Assembly: GCA_026392115.1 (NCBI GenBank)
Contig: JAPLCQ010000031.1
Location: forward strand, 26,776-90,775
DNA from: Armatimonadota bacterium
Lineage (GTDB): Bacteria > Armatimonadota > Chthonomonadetes > Chthonomonadales > CAJBBX01
DNA: 64,000 nucleotides
Reading direction: 5' to 3'
The notes under the pieces were generated by a model. The model was not told where the DNA came from. It saw only the letters and a program-made list of their open reading frames with translations, and made no database searches. Below are positions 9,183 through 18,804 of the stretch, one piece after another. The translations under genes were made by a program, and so were the position numbers. Within the stretch, counting starts at the first letter, position 1; each line of letters starts with the position of its first letter.

Positions 9183-9217
9183 GGGACACTGGGTTCGGCC
9201 CCCATTGCGGGAGGCTG

Positions 9218-9262
9218 CTGCGCGGCGCACACCGGTCCCGAGGTGCGCCGCGCAGTCGTTTG
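9218..9262. terminator. Bidirectional terminator hairpin between convergent ftsZ-2 and the GT operon
   Basis: 13-bp perfect stem ctgcgcggcgcac (9218-9230) / gtgcgccgcgcag (9243-9255), followed by tcgtttgt. Confidence 0.6.
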
Positions 9263-9271
9263 TCGATGAGC

Positions 9272-10402
9272 CTACGCCGCTCCGCCGGCCACTTCCTCGT
9301 AGAGCGATAGCGTGGAGGCGCCCGTCTCGGACCACGTGAGCTCCGCAGCCCGGCTGAGGCCCGCCGCGGAGAGCTTGTCCCGGAGGTCCTGACTGGCCAT
9401 GACGCTGGCCAAGGCATCACCCCATGCCGCCGCATCCATGGCGGGCAGCACCCACGCGCCATTGCCGGCCACCTCGGGCATGGCGGGAGCTTCGCTGACG
9501 AGGGTTGGCGTGCCGCATGCCATGGCTTCCAGCGGGGGCAACCCGAAGCCCTCATAGAGCGACGTGAACGCCATGGCGTCGGCGGCGCGGTAGAGGTCTG
9601 GAAGCGCCTCGTCGGGCACGTAGCCGGCCAGCGCCACTGAGTCGTTCAAATCCAACCGCGAGATGAGCCGGTCCACCCGTTCCGACTGCCAGCCCTTCTT
9701 GCCCACGAGCAACAGCTGGTGCGTCTTGCCCGCCTGACGGATGGCCCTGGCGAAGGCCTCCACCAGCAGTGGCACGTTCTTGCGCGGCTGCAGGACACCC
9801 ACCGAGATGATGTAGGGCTTGGTGACGCCCAGCGTCGCGGCTGCGGCCCGGGCAACCTCCCGGTCGCCGGGCTGGTACTCGGGTCCGGCGGCCAGCGGTA
9901 TGGCCACCACCTTGTCGGTCGCAAATCCGAACACCCGCAGGATGTCGCGCTGAGAGCTCTCCGACACGGTGATCACCGCGTCGGCATGGCGCATGGAGGG
10001 CGGCACCGTGAGGTTCATCAGCATGCGGTGCTTGCGCGGGAACCACTCGGGGTAGAGCCTGAACGAGATGTCGTGCACCGTTGTAACCATCTTGCAGGGG
10101 CGCGACATGGGGATCGTGTACTGCGTATGGGCCAGGTCGATGTTGTCCTGCCGCAGCGCACGAGGAAAGGTGAGCATGGTCCAGAGCCGATCATTGCTGG
10201 CCGGCAGGCAGCGCTGCGTGAGACAGGGCGCCTCTGGTAGCTCGCCGGCGGGGATCGGCAACCGGGTGTAGACGACGAACTCATGCTGCTCGGGCCATCC
10301 CTCGGCCATGGCCTCGACGAATGATCGCAGCAGGTTGCGCCAGTAGGTCCGGTCGCCTGTGTACCGGCCCGAAAGAACGCGCCCGTCAATGCCAATCCGC
10401 AT
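9272..10402 (-). CDS. Glycosyltransferase family 4 (GT-B, group 1)
   Basis: C-terminal EGFGLPPLEAMACGTPTLVS (E-x7-E region). The ATG directly abuts the stop codon of the upstream gene. Confidence 0.85.
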   Translation of the reverse strand: MRIGIDGRVLSGRYTGDRTYWRNLLRSFVEAMAEGWPEQHEFVVYTRLPIPAGELPEAPCLTQRCLPASNDRLWTMLTFPRALRQDNIDLAHTQYTIPMSRPCKMVTTVHDISFRLYPEWFPRKHRMLMNLTVPPSMRHADAVITVSESSQRDILRVFGFATDKVVAIPLAAGPEYQPGDREVARAAAATLGVTKPYIISVGVLQPRKNVPLLVEAFARAIRQAGKTHQLLLVGKKGWQSERVDRLISRLDLNDSVALAGYVPDEALPDLYRAADAMAFTSLYEGFGLPPLEAMACGTPTLVSEAPAMPEVAGNGAWVLPAMDAAAWGDALASVMASQDLRDKLSAAGLSRAAELTWSETGASTLSLYEEVAGGAA

Positions 10403-11437
10403 CTATGCTTCCCCCAGCGTGGACCGGTAGACGGCGGCGGTCTGGGCCGCCATCTCGGCGAATCCATGCATCTCCGCGTAGCGCCGGGAACCCGCCTCCA
10501 GCGCCCCCAACTTGCTCCTGTCGGCCCTCAGGGCCATCAGGGTTTCCGCCATGCGCTCCGCGTCGCCCGAGGCAAAGAGCGCCATTGCGCCGGGGCACAC
10601 CTCGTCAAACTCCCGGTTCACCGGGATGTCCGACGCCACGACCGCTCGCCCGCATGAGACCGCCAGCGAGAGCGAGCTCGACGCGCTGCACTCCAGGAAC
10701 GGCGCAGCCGCTACGTCGCACGCGGCCAGGGCGTCCAGGTAGCCGGCATCCGTAAGTATCCCCGTAACCCGCACGCGCCTGCCAGCCGCGGCGGCCGCCT
10801 GCTCCACCTCGGCCGCGTGACCCGTGGCATCGGCCGGATGGCGTCCGCCGGCGATCAACAACAGCGTGTCCTCAGGCATTCGGCTCACCGCGTCGATGGC
10901 GATCAGGTGGCCCTTCCGAGCGGAAAGGTACCCGAACAGCGCCACCACGAATCGCCCCTCGGCCGATAGCCTGGCCCTGGCCTCGTCGCGTGCAGGCAAC
11001 GTCGGGCGCGGCTGGATGCCGTGCCGGACCACGTGCAGCCTGTCGCTCGGCAGGCCGGCCGCGGCCATTCGGTCCCGGTCCTGTCTGGTATGGACCAGAA
11101 TGGCCCGTACCGCCCGCGCACCGAAGTGCAGCCGATTGGAGAGCCGAATAGCCGCCCGGCGGGCCGCGTTGCCCTGCGGAACCACGAACTCGTGCGCCGT
11201 GAGCGCCATGGGCGTGGGCGCATTGCGGTAGAGGCGGCGCGCCGTGCACTTCCACGGCGCGACGCCGCCAAACAGGTGGTACTCGTGCTGCACGTGTACC
11301 AGATCGGCGCCGGGCGGACCGACCATATACCGCTCAGGCTCCAGGACCTCCGAGACCTCGACGGTCGTCGCCAATGCCTCCCGCAGGAGCGCCGTATAGA
11401 TGCCGACGCCGCACTGCCTGTCGGTTGGCCCCACCAT
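10403..11437 (-). CDS. Glycosyltransferase, group 1 (start uncertain; the ORF is open up to 11662)
   Basis: GT-B C-terminal pattern. I chose the start at MVGPTDRQCGVGIYT because the longer ORF would overlap the upstream GT gene by about 145 nt. Confidence 0.7.
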   Translation of the reverse strand: MVGPTDRQCGVGIYTALLREALATTVEVSEVLEPERYMVGPPGADLVHVQHEYHLFGGVAPWKCTARRLYRNAPTPMALTAHEFVVPQGNAARRAAIRLSNRLHFGARAVRAILVHTRQDRDRMAAAGLPSDRLHVVRHGIQPRPTLPARDEARARLSAEGRFVVALFGYLSARKGHLIAIDAVSRMPEDTLLLIAGGRHPADATGHAAEVEQAAAAAGRRVRVTGILTDAGYLDALAACDVAAAPFLECSASSSLSLAVSCGRAVVASDIPVNREFDEVCPGAMALFASGDAERMAETLMALRADRSKLGALEAGSRRYAEMHGFAEMAAQTAAVYRSTLGEA

Positions 11438-11516
11438 CGTCACACGGAGCAATCGCGGACCTCGTCGCACCGGCTCCGGCCTCTGCTCGAACAGCGCCGC
11501 ACAGCCGTTGGTCTGG

Positions 11517-12677
11517 TTATACCCTGCGCGCGCGTCCGGCCGCATCCTGCACAGCTTGCCGGTAGATGCCCATGGTGCTCTCGGCCACCATTCGCCACGA
11601 CCTGGCGCCGCCATAGGCGAGGGCTGCGGCGGCCATGCGGTCCCGCTCGGCTGTGTCGCCAAGGATGCCCATCACCGCCTCTGAGAGGCGCGCAGCGTTG
11701 CCCACGGGGAAGATCCGGATACAGCGCCCGTCTCGGGCGATCTCGCGGAAGCACGCCAGATCAGATGCCACCATGGGGCGCCCGTAGAAGATGGGCACGG
11801 TCACCGAGTAGGAGCCGGTGGCCTGGGTGTGGGGGATGAGCACCAAATCCGCCGCGGCCATCGCCTCGGCCACGTCCGCATCGGAGAGGTAGCCGGTGAT
11901 GAGCGGGCGGCCCGCCACGGGTCGGGCGCCCAGACTCGCTTGGAGCTGGTCGACGTAGGGCTGCTCCTCCGGCGTGCGCGCTCCGCCCGCCAGGACTAGC
12001 GTGACGTCGTCAGGCCATCCGCAGGCGGCTTCCAGGGCCACTTCGTTGCCCTTGTACGGGTTCACGAAGCCGAAGATGACCACGAGGCGCTTGCCACCCA
12101 GGCCGAACCGATCACGGAACGCCGCGCCGCCCGTGCCTGCCGGTGGGCCGGACGGAATGCCCGCGGGCAGCACATGGAGGAGCCGATCCGGCAGACCCCG
12201 GCCGGCCAGCGCGTTGCGTCCCTCATCGGTGTGGACGATGACGTGCCCGCCGACGAACGGCACGCGCTCCACCTGGGCGCGGTACGGCGGCCAGAGAAGC
12301 AGGCCCTGCTTGGCGATCCGGTGCGGCGCCCGCGTCTCCTCGGCGACCCGCAGCATGTGGGCCGCGCTGTACGTTGTGTGGGCCGTCACCACCACCGGAT
12401 TGTCCAGCATGGCCCGGAAGGCTCCGAACGCATTGGCCCCGGGCATGACCGAACCCCAGAAGCTATACTCGTGCTGGATGTGCACCACGTCGCATGCGTT
12501 GAGCCGCCGGGCCATGGCTTCGTAGTGGGCGAGCGGCTGCTTGCCGGGCTGGACGGCCTCGAAGCTCATCTCGGCCAGCGGGGCCAATTCTGCCATGAGT
12601 GCGGCAGTGTAGGCGGCGATGCCGCACCGGTTGCCGACGCTCGCCACCATGCCGACACGGAGGGGGACGCCGCTCAT
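11517..12677 (-). CDS. Glycosyltransferase family 4 (group 1), first gene of the three-gene GT operon
   Basis: N-terminus [19 protein letters not shown] and the C-terminal GT-B pattern [25 protein letters not shown]. Confidence 0.8.
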   Translation of the reverse strand: MSGVPLRVGMVASVGNRCGIAAYTAALMAELAPLAEMSFEAVQPGKQPLAHYEAMARRLNACDVVHIQHEYSFWGSVMPGANAFGAFRAMLDNPVVVTAHTTYSAAHMLRVAEETRAPHRIAKQGLLLWPPYRAQVERVPFVGGHVIVHTDEGRNALAGRGLPDRLLHVLPAGIPSGPPAGTGGAAFRDRFGLGGKRLVVIFGFVNPYKGNEVALEAACGWPDDVTLVLAGGARTPEEQPYVDQLQASLGARPVAGRPLITGYLSDADVAEAMAAADLVLIPHTQATGSYSVTVPIFYGRPMVASDLACFREIARDGRCIRIFPVGNAARLSEAVMGILGDTAERDRMAAAALAYGGARSWRMVAESTMGIYRQAVQDAAGRARRV

Positions 12678-12723
12678 CGTTGGACCTCCGGGGCGGCCGG
12701 CGAGAGGGAAGGCCGCGCCGCCA

Positions 12724-12753
12724 TTGCGCGATTGCGCTGCAGTGGGCTATACT
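12724..12753 (+). promoter_or_regulatory. Candidate sigma-70 promoter of rpmE: TTGCGC-18-TATACT
   Basis: -35 at 12724-12729 and -10 at 12748-12753, about 50 nt upstream of the rpmE ATG, in a divergent intergenic region. Confidence 0.4.
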
Positions 12754-12803
12754 CATTGGCCCAGAACGAGACCAGACTACACAGACCTCGAGGTAACCGT
12801 CGC

Positions 12804-13007
12804 ATGAAGGAAGCCATTCATCCCAAGTACCAGGTGACCACGGTTACCTGCGCCTGTGGCAACGCATTCGAGACCCGGTCGACCAAGCCCGGCATCCGTG
12901 TCGAAATCTGCTCCAACTGCCACCCGTTCTTCACTGGTCGGCAGAAGATCGTGGACACCGAAGGCCGCGTGGAGAAGTTCCTGCAGAAATACAAGATGGC
13001 AGGCTGA
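12804..13007 (+). CDS. rpmE: Ribosomal protein L31, zinc-binding (type A)
   Basis: [10 protein letters not shown]...CACGN...[10 protein letters not shown]. 67 aa, embedded at the end of a longer spurious ORF. Confidence 0.95.
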   Translation: MKEAIHPKYQVTTVTCACGNAFETRSTKPGIRVEICSNCHPFFTGRQKIVDTEGRVEKFLQKYKMAG

Positions 13008-13043
13008 TCCCAGGCCGGCCCGTAGGGTCGGAGAACCATCACG

Positions 13044-14000
13044 GTGTCAGAGTACCTCCAATACGGTGGGCAGGCGGTCATCGAAGGGGTGATGATGCGC
13101 GGCCCCCGTTTCTTTGCGGTCGCGTGCCGCCGACCCGACGGCTCCATCTGCGTCCGCGAGGAGCCCGTGCGGTCGGGGGCGCTTGCTCGTGCCCCGTTCC
13201 TGAACAAGCCGTTCGTGCGCGGAGCGCTGGCCCTCTTCGATGCCATGGCCCTGGGCATGCGCGCCCTCAGTTTCTCGGCGCAGGTGCAGACGGAGTCCGA
13301 TGAGCCGGCGGCGCCCGCTGTCGAGGCGGGGCGGAAGTCGTCCGTCGGCGACATCGCCATCGGCGTCACCATGCTGATCTCATTCGCTTTCGGCATGGGG
13401 CTCTTTGTGGCGTTGCCCACGACGTTGACCCAGCTCTTGCAGGGCGCCCTGCACGTTCACGCCCCGTTCCTTCGCAATGTCATGGACGGCGTGCTCCGCA
13501 TCGCGATCTTCCTGGCCTACATCAACCTCATCTCGCTGATGCACAACGTGCGGCGGGTCTTCCAGTACCACGGCGCCGAGCACAAGGCCATCAACACGCT
13601 TGAGGAGCAGAGGGACGTTACGCTGGCGGAGGCGCTGACCTCCTCGCGCATCCACCCGAGGTGCGGCACCAGCTTCATCGTGGTGGTGTTGGTGGTCTCG
13701 ATCGTCGTCCATTCGCTGTTGCCGAGGCCGGAGAATGCGCTGATCCGGGTGGCTCTGCACCTGGGCCTCCTGCCCGTCATCGCCGGGATCGCGTACGAGG
13801 CCATCCGCTTCGCCGGCCGCCGCCGGGGCGCTTCGGCGCTGACGGCCATGATGGCGCCCGGGCTCTGGACGCAGCGGATCACCACTCGTGAACCCTCGAC
13901 CGACCAGGTCGAAGTGGCGCTGGCGGCCCTGACGGCCGTCATACGCTTGGAGACCGGCGCTCCCGACGCGGCGCCGGTCGAGGCCGCATCTGGAGGCTAG
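13044..14000 (+). CDS. DUF1385-family membrane protein (commonly linked to prfA/prmC)
   Basis: GTG start. Hallmark YGGQAVIEGVMMRG and YHGAEHKAIN. Lies in the conserved rpmE-DUF1385-prfA-prmC neighbourhood. Confidence 0.8.
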   Translation: MSEYLQYGGQAVIEGVMMRGPRFFAVACRRPDGSICVREEPVRSGALARAPFLNKPFVRGALALFDAMALGMRALSFSAQVQTESDEPAAPAVEAGRKSSVGDIAIGVTMLISFAFGMGLFVALPTTLTQLLQGALHVHAPFLRNVMDGVLRIAIFLAYINLISLMHNVRRVFQYHGAEHKAINTLEEQRDVTLAEALTSSRIHPRCGTSFIVVVLVVSIVVHSLLPRPENALIRVALHLGLLPVIAGIAYEAIRFAGRRRGASALTAMMAPGLWTQRITTREPSTDQVEVALAALTAVIRLETGAPDAAPVEAASGG

Positions 14001-14053
14001 CCCCGGCGGACCGCCCGCCCGTTGGACGCAACCCACAGGACAGGAGACTTTGC

Positions 14054-15130
14054 ATGGCGTTGGAACTGCCGCGAAAGAAGCTCGATGAACTCGCGTCCAG
14101 GTACGAGGAGCTCGGTCAGCAGCTGATGGACCCCGTCGTGAGCGGAGACCCTCGGCGATACCGGCAGGTCAACCAGGCATGGAATGATCTCAAGCCAGTC
14201 ACCGAAGCCTATCGCAATCTGCTTGAGGCCGAGAAGCAGGCCGCCGACGCGGAGTCGCTACTGGGTGATGCGGAGCTGGGCGATCTTGCCGCCCTGGAGC
14301 TGTCCGAGCTTCGGGAGAGCGTGACCGCCCTTTCGGAGAAGATCAAGATACTGCTGCTGCCCACCGACCCCAACGACGCCAAGGACATCCTGCTGGAGAT
14401 CCGGCCCGCCGCGGGCGGCGAGGAGGCGGCCCTCTTTGCCGGCGACCTCATGCGCATGTACTCCCGCTACGCCGAGCGGCGCGGCTGGAAGGTCGAGATC
14501 ATGAGCGCCCAGGAGAGCGGCATCGGCGGCTTCAGCGACGTGGTCCTCTCCATTCAGGCCCAGGGCGCCTACAGCCAGCTGAAGTTCGAGAGCGGCGTCC
14601 ATCGCGTGCAGCGGGTGCCGGCCACCGAGAGTTCGGGCCGCATCCATACCAGCACGGCCACGGTGGCCGTGCTGCCGGAGGCCGAGGACGTCGAGATCGA
14701 GATCAACGCCGGCGACATCCAGATGGACGTCTACCACTCCTCCAGCGCCGGTGGACAGAACGTCCAGAAGGTGGCCACGGCCATTCGCATCCTGCATAAG
14801 CCCACGGGGATCGTCGTCACCTGCCAGGATGAGCGGAGCCAACTCCAGAACAAGGAGAAGGCGACGCGAATGCTGCGGGCGCGCCTCTTCGAGCGTGAGA
14901 CCGAGTTGCGGCAGGGCGAGCGGACCGCGACGCGCCGGTCGCAGGTGGGAAGCGGCGATCGGTCGGAGAAGATCAGGACGTACAATTTCCCGGACGGCCG
15001 CGTGACGGACCATCGCATCGGCCTCACGGTCCATAACATACCGAGCATCCTGGATGGCGACATCCAGCGGTTCGTCGATGCGCTCGTCACCGCCGATCAG
15101 GCGGAGCGGCTGCGCGCCGAAGCCGCCTAG
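14054..15130 (+). CDS. prfA: Peptide chain release factor 1
   Basis: GGQ motif (SSAGGQNVQKV) and the RF1-type PAT tripeptide (RVPATESSGRIHTS). Confidence 0.95.
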   Translation: MALELPRKKLDELASRYEELGQQLMDPVVSGDPRRYRQVNQAWNDLKPVTEAYRNLLEAEKQAADAESLLGDAELGDLAALELSELRESVTALSEKIKILLLPTDPNDAKDILLEIRPAAGGEEAALFAGDLMRMYSRYAERRGWKVEIMSAQESGIGGFSDVVLSIQAQGAYSQLKFESGVHRVQRVPATESSGRIHTSTATVAVLPEAEDVEIEINAGDIQMDVYHSSSAGGQNVQKVATAIRILHKPTGIVVTCQDERSQLQNKEKATRMLRARLFERETELRQGERTATRRSQVGSGDRSEKIRTYNFPDGRVTDHRIGLTVHNIPSILDGDIQRFVDALVTADQAERLRAEAA

Positions 15131-15149
15131 CCTGTCCGGCGTGGCGACT

Positions 15150-16013
15150 ATGGCTGCGACTCCGGGCGTGGTCTCGCTGGGTTCGTTGGTGCAGTCCGCC
15201 GTGGCCGATCTAGCCCGAGCCGGCGTCGAAACGCCGCGGCTGGAGGCGGAGTTGCTGGCGGCGCAGGCGATGGGCTGGACGCGCTTGCAGGTGATGACCC
15301 GGCGAGAGCATGGCGTCTCCGTTCAGCAGGCGGCGGACCTGCGCGGCCTCTATGCGGCCCGATGCCGGCGGGCGCCGCTGGCCTACCTGGCCGGTCGCCG
15401 GGAGTTCTACGGGCTGGGCCTGAGAGTCGGTCCCGGTGTGCTGACGCCCAGGCCCGAGACGGAGCTGCTGGTCGATCTGGCGCTGGATGAGGCTCGCCGA
15501 CGCGGCGCCGTGCGGCTGGCCGATGTCTGTACCGGTTCCGGCTGCGTGGCTGTGGCCCTGGCGATCGGGCTGCCCGATGCGCGCCTGCTGGCGACCGACC
15601 TCTCGCATGCCGCCATTCGCTGCGCCGCCCGGAACGCGACCGAGCACGGCGTGGCCGACAGGCTGGGGCTCGTGCGCTGCGATCTGACGCGGGCGTTGCG
15701 GCCGGGCTGGGCTGAGATTCTGGTGGCGAATCCGCCGTATGTACCGTCAGCTGCCACGGCGGGTCTCCAGCCCGAGGTCGCTTGCTACGAGCCCTGGGTC
15801 GCGCTGGATGGGGGTGGATCGGGCTTGACGATTCTGGAGGCGTTGGCCATCGGCGCCCGCCGCGTACTGGGTGCCGGCGGCCTATTCGCATCGGAGATCG
15901 GCAGCGATCAGGGCGACGCTGCGCTACGAATCGTGCGGGCTGTCGGCTTCGGGCGTCCCGCCATCGTCCGTGACCTTGCCGGCATGGATCGGGTAGTCAC
16001 CGCACGAGCCTGA
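15150..16013 (+). CDS. prmC: Release-factor glutamine N5-methyltransferase PrmC (alternative GTG start at 15141)
   Basis: NPPY motif (LVANPPYV) and SAM-binding DVCTGSGCVAVAL. The longer ORF from 15054 overlaps prfA and is discounted. Confidence 0.85.
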   Translation: MAATPGVVSLGSLVQSAVADLARAGVETPRLEAELLAAQAMGWTRLQVMTRREHGVSVQQAADLRGLYAARCRRAPLAYLAGRREFYGLGLRVGPGVLTPRPETELLVDLALDEARRRGAVRLADVCTGSGCVAVALAIGLPDARLLATDLSHAAIRCAARNATEHGVADRLGLVRCDLTRALRPGWAEILVANPPYVPSAATAGLQPEVACYEPWVALDGGGSGLTILEALAIGARRVLGAGGLFASEIGSDQGDAALRIVRAVGFGRPAIVRDLAGMDRVVTARA

Positions 16014-16046
16014 CGACGGCGGGCGCTCAGTGCAGGGAGTGGACCA

Positions 16047-16859
16047 ATGCGCATCAAACTAGCGGTCGTGACGGCTCTGGTCGTGGCCCTGGCGGGCTGC
16101 GCCGTGACCCCCTCCGATATCAGCGATATGAACCGGGCCGCCACCGAGTACCGGCAGGGCTCCGCAGCCGCGGCCCGGGTCATCGTGGAACGGCTGTTGG
16201 CCCAGAAGCGGACCGATCCGGGGCGCGCAGCCCTGGTGCTGCAGTCGGTCTGTATGGCGGCTCACAGGTTCAAGGACGCCGCCGAACTGGCGGACGGCGC
16301 CATCGCCGTGGCGGACCGCTCCAAGTCCGAGGGAATGGCGGAGCTATACACCGTCATCGGCATGGCGAAGCACCAGATGGGTGACACCGAGGCCGCCATC
16401 GCCGCCTACAAGGAAGCGTTGCGCAACCGGGGCGATGATCACACGGCGATGAACAACCTCGGGTACGCCTATGCCGAGGCGCCTCCGGCGGGTCGGAACC
16501 TGGATGAGGCCCTTGGGCTAACGACACGGGCCGTCAGGCTGGCTCGTGAGCGCGGCGTGCCGGACGCGCAGGTGGGCGTTTTCGTGGACTCCGTCGGCTG
16601 GGTTCAGTACCGAATGGGACGGTCCGTGGAGGCCATCGTCACGCTGACCGAGGCTTTGGAGCTCTGTCCAGAGCAGGCCGACGTGCCCTATCACCTGGCG
16701 CGCGCCTACCTTGCCGTGGGTCGGCGCGACGACGCGGTCGTCATGCTGCGCCGGGCCGTCGCGATGAATCCGTCGCTCGAGGTCGCCAGGCGGCTGCTTG
16801 ACAGCCTGCTTGCGGGCTCCGACGCCCCATCGGAAACTACCGGTCCGGGCGGTTCGTAA
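16047..16859 (+). CDS. TPR-repeat lipoprotein
   Basis: Signal peptide with lipobox LAGC. TPR-like repeats (e.g. AIAAYKEALRN, AMNNLGYAYAE). Confidence 0.7.
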   Translation: MRIKLAVVTALVVALAGCAVTPSDISDMNRAATEYRQGSAAAARVIVERLLAQKRTDPGRAALVLQSVCMAAHRFKDAAELADGAIAVADRSKSEGMAELYTVIGMAKHQMGDTEAAIAAYKEALRNRGDDHTAMNNLGYAYAEAPPAGRNLDEALGLTTRAVRLARERGVPDAQVGVFVDSVGWVQYRMGRSVEAIVTLTEALELCPEQADVPYHLARAYLAVGRRDDAVVMLRRAVAMNPSLEVARRLLDSLLAGSDAPSETTGPGGS

Positions 16860-16868
16860 GACCAAGGT

Positions 16869-17480
16869 GTGCGCGCCCCGATATCGCGCGACACAACGAC
16901 CTGGACGCGATCGGTGTCAGGTGTAAGGTGTGTGCCCGTGAGTGACATTGCCTGCTTGGGCGATCTGCTGCGAGTCGCAGACCTCTTCTCGCATATCGTC
17001 TCACGTACGCTCAACGAGCGACTCGTGGCGGAGATATCCGACGACCACGTCAGCGTGGCCCAACTGGGCGCCGTGCGGTTCATCAGGCTGCACCGCCGCG
17101 TTCGCATGGGTGATCTGGCCAACGGCCTGATGATCACCTATCCCTCTGCCACCAATATGGTGAACCGCTTGGAGCGTCAGGGGCTCGCCACGCGAGGCGT
17201 GAACCCGTCCGACCACCGGGAAGTGGAGGTCAGCCTCACGCCGGAGGGCATGGCGTTGGCCGACAGGATCGATGAGGAGCGCGCCTCTCGCCTGGAGACC
17301 ATGCTGGGGTCCATGCCCGAGCGAGCGCGCGAGTCGCTGTCCGACGGCCTCTACAGCTTCGTATCCGCCGCGGTTGGCGGTAGCCTGGCATTGGCCGAGG
17401 ACATCTGCCTGCGGTGCGGAACGCGTGCCGGGTCGGGTTGCCCCGTGGCCTCGCTGAACCCTGAGGCGCCCTGCCGCTGA
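16869..17480 (+). CDS. MarR-family transcriptional regulator with a C-terminal Cys cluster (start uncertain; an internal GTG near 16938 is possible)
   Basis: Winged-HTH pattern VSVAQLGAVRFI...MGDLANGL...PSATNMVNRLERQGLATR. The tail is CLRCGTRAGSGCPVASLNPEAPC. Confidence 0.7.
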   Translation: MRAPISRDTTTWTRSVSGVRCVPVSDIACLGDLLRVADLFSHIVSRTLNERLVAEISDDHVSVAQLGAVRFIRLHRRVRMGDLANGLMITYPSATNMVNRLERQGLATRGVNPSDHREVEVSLTPEGMALADRIDEERASRLETMLGSMPERARESLSDGLYSFVSAAVGGSLALAEDICLRCGTRAGSGCPVASLNPEAPCR

Positions 17481-17560
17481 GCGCGACGCCTCCGAGTTTC
17501 AGACTGACCTACCTCGACCACGCGGCCGACACGCCGCTCTGTCCTTCTGCTCGCGAGGCC

Positions 17561-18655
17561 ATGCTGCCCGTGCTCGCCGAGCACTGGGGCAGCGCATCCT
17601 CCGTGCATGCCATGGGCGCTCAGGCGCGCGCATGGCTTGAGCGGGCGCGAGAGCAGGTGGCCGGGATGGCTGGCTGCGAGCCGGATGAGGTCTACTTCAC
17701 GTCCGGGGCCACCGAGGCCCTGAACTGGGCTGTGAAGGTGGCTGGACTGGGTGATGCCCATGTGCCGCGCGGGATTGTCGCATCGCCCATCGAGCATGAG
17801 GCGACGCTGGCGGCCTGCAGGTGGGTCGCCGGCAAGGGCGCCCCGCTCCAGTGGATGCAGGTTGGCGCTGATGGACGAGCCAGGCCCGACGAGGTCGATC
17901 GCCGATGCCTCGCAGGTGTCGGGCTGGTGGTCCTGATGGCGGCGAACAACGAGACGGGTTGCGTCCAGCCCCTGGACCAGGCCGTCCGGTTGGCCCGTGA
18001 CGCAGGCGCGCTGCTGCTGGTCGATGCCGTGCAATCGGCGCCCTGGGGGCTCGCGCCGTTCCGCGGATCCGGCGCCGACCTGCTGGCCCTATCGGCCCAC
18101 AAGTTCAACGGTCCGCAGGGCGTGGGCGCGCTTCTCATCCGCCGCGGGACCGAGTTTACGTCGTTGTTGCATGGAGGCGGCCAGGAGCAGGGACTTCGTG
18201 CAGGCACGCCGAATACTGCATCTGCGGTAGGTATGGGTGCGGCGGCGGCTCAGGTTGAGGCCCGTCGACGATCGGCCGGCGCCGTCGCGGCACTGCGTGA
18301 CGGACTGCAGGCGTTGCTGTCTGCCTCGATCGAGGGTGTGACGTTGACTGCACCGGGGTCGCCTCGGTTGCCGGGTCACCTGCATATCTCGGTTCGAGGC
18401 GTGCAGGGCGAGGCGGTGGTCGTTGGCCTCTCGCAGATGGGTGTCTGCGCTTCCTCCGGGGCCGCGTGCAGTTCGGGCGCAGTGGAGGTCTCGCACGTTC
18501 TGAAGGTCATGGGCGTGTCGGAAGAGCAGGGCAGGGGGGCGGTGCGGTTCACTCTGGGACCGGAGACCACCGCAGATGACGTAGACAGGACCGTGAGAGC
18601 GATGGCGGAGGTCGTCGCCGAACTTCGGTCGCTGGGCGGCCGCGGGACAGGTTGA
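17561..18655 (+). CDS. Cysteine desulfurase (class V aminotransferase, NifS/IscS-like); the true start is probably upstream, near 17504
   Basis: PLP lysine motif [10 protein letters not shown] and catalytic loop SSGAACSSG. The conserved LTYLDHAA segment lies in frame upstream of the first ATG, which implies a non-ATG start. Confidence 0.85.
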   Translation: MLPVLAEHWGSASSVHAMGAQARAWLERAREQVAGMAGCEPDEVYFTSGATEALNWAVKVAGLGDAHVPRGIVASPIEHEATLAACRWVAGKGAPLQWMQVGADGRARPDEVDRRCLAGVGLVVLMAANNETGCVQPLDQAVRLARDAGALLLVDAVQSAPWGLAPFRGSGADLLALSAHKFNGPQGVGALLIRRGTEFTSLLHGGGQEQGLRAGTPNTASAVGMGAAAAQVEARRRSAGAVAALRDGLQALLSASIEGVTLTAPGSPRLPGHLHISVRGVQGEAVVVGLSQMGVCASSGAACSSGAVEVSHVLKVMGVSEEQGRGAVRFTLGPETTADDVDRTVRAMAEVVAELRSLGGRGTG

Positions 18656-18680
18656 CAGCCGCAAGAGAGTGTTATACAAT
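18652..18680 (+). promoter_or_regulatory. Consensus-like sigma-70 promoter of rpoD: TTGACA-17 nt-TACAAT
   Basis: TTGACA at 18652-18657 (overlapping the desulfurase stop codon) and TACAAT at 18675-18680, with a spacer of exactly 17 nt. Confidence 0.7.
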
Positions 18681-18804
18681 ACGCAGGGGACTTTTCGCTA
18701 CCTGCGAGAGGCGACCCGGCAAGAATTCAGCACAGGAGTGGGCGAGGGCACAGAGTGCGTCAGTGAGCAGTGGTCCGGTTCCTGGTCCTTGGGAGGTTAG
18801 TTCA

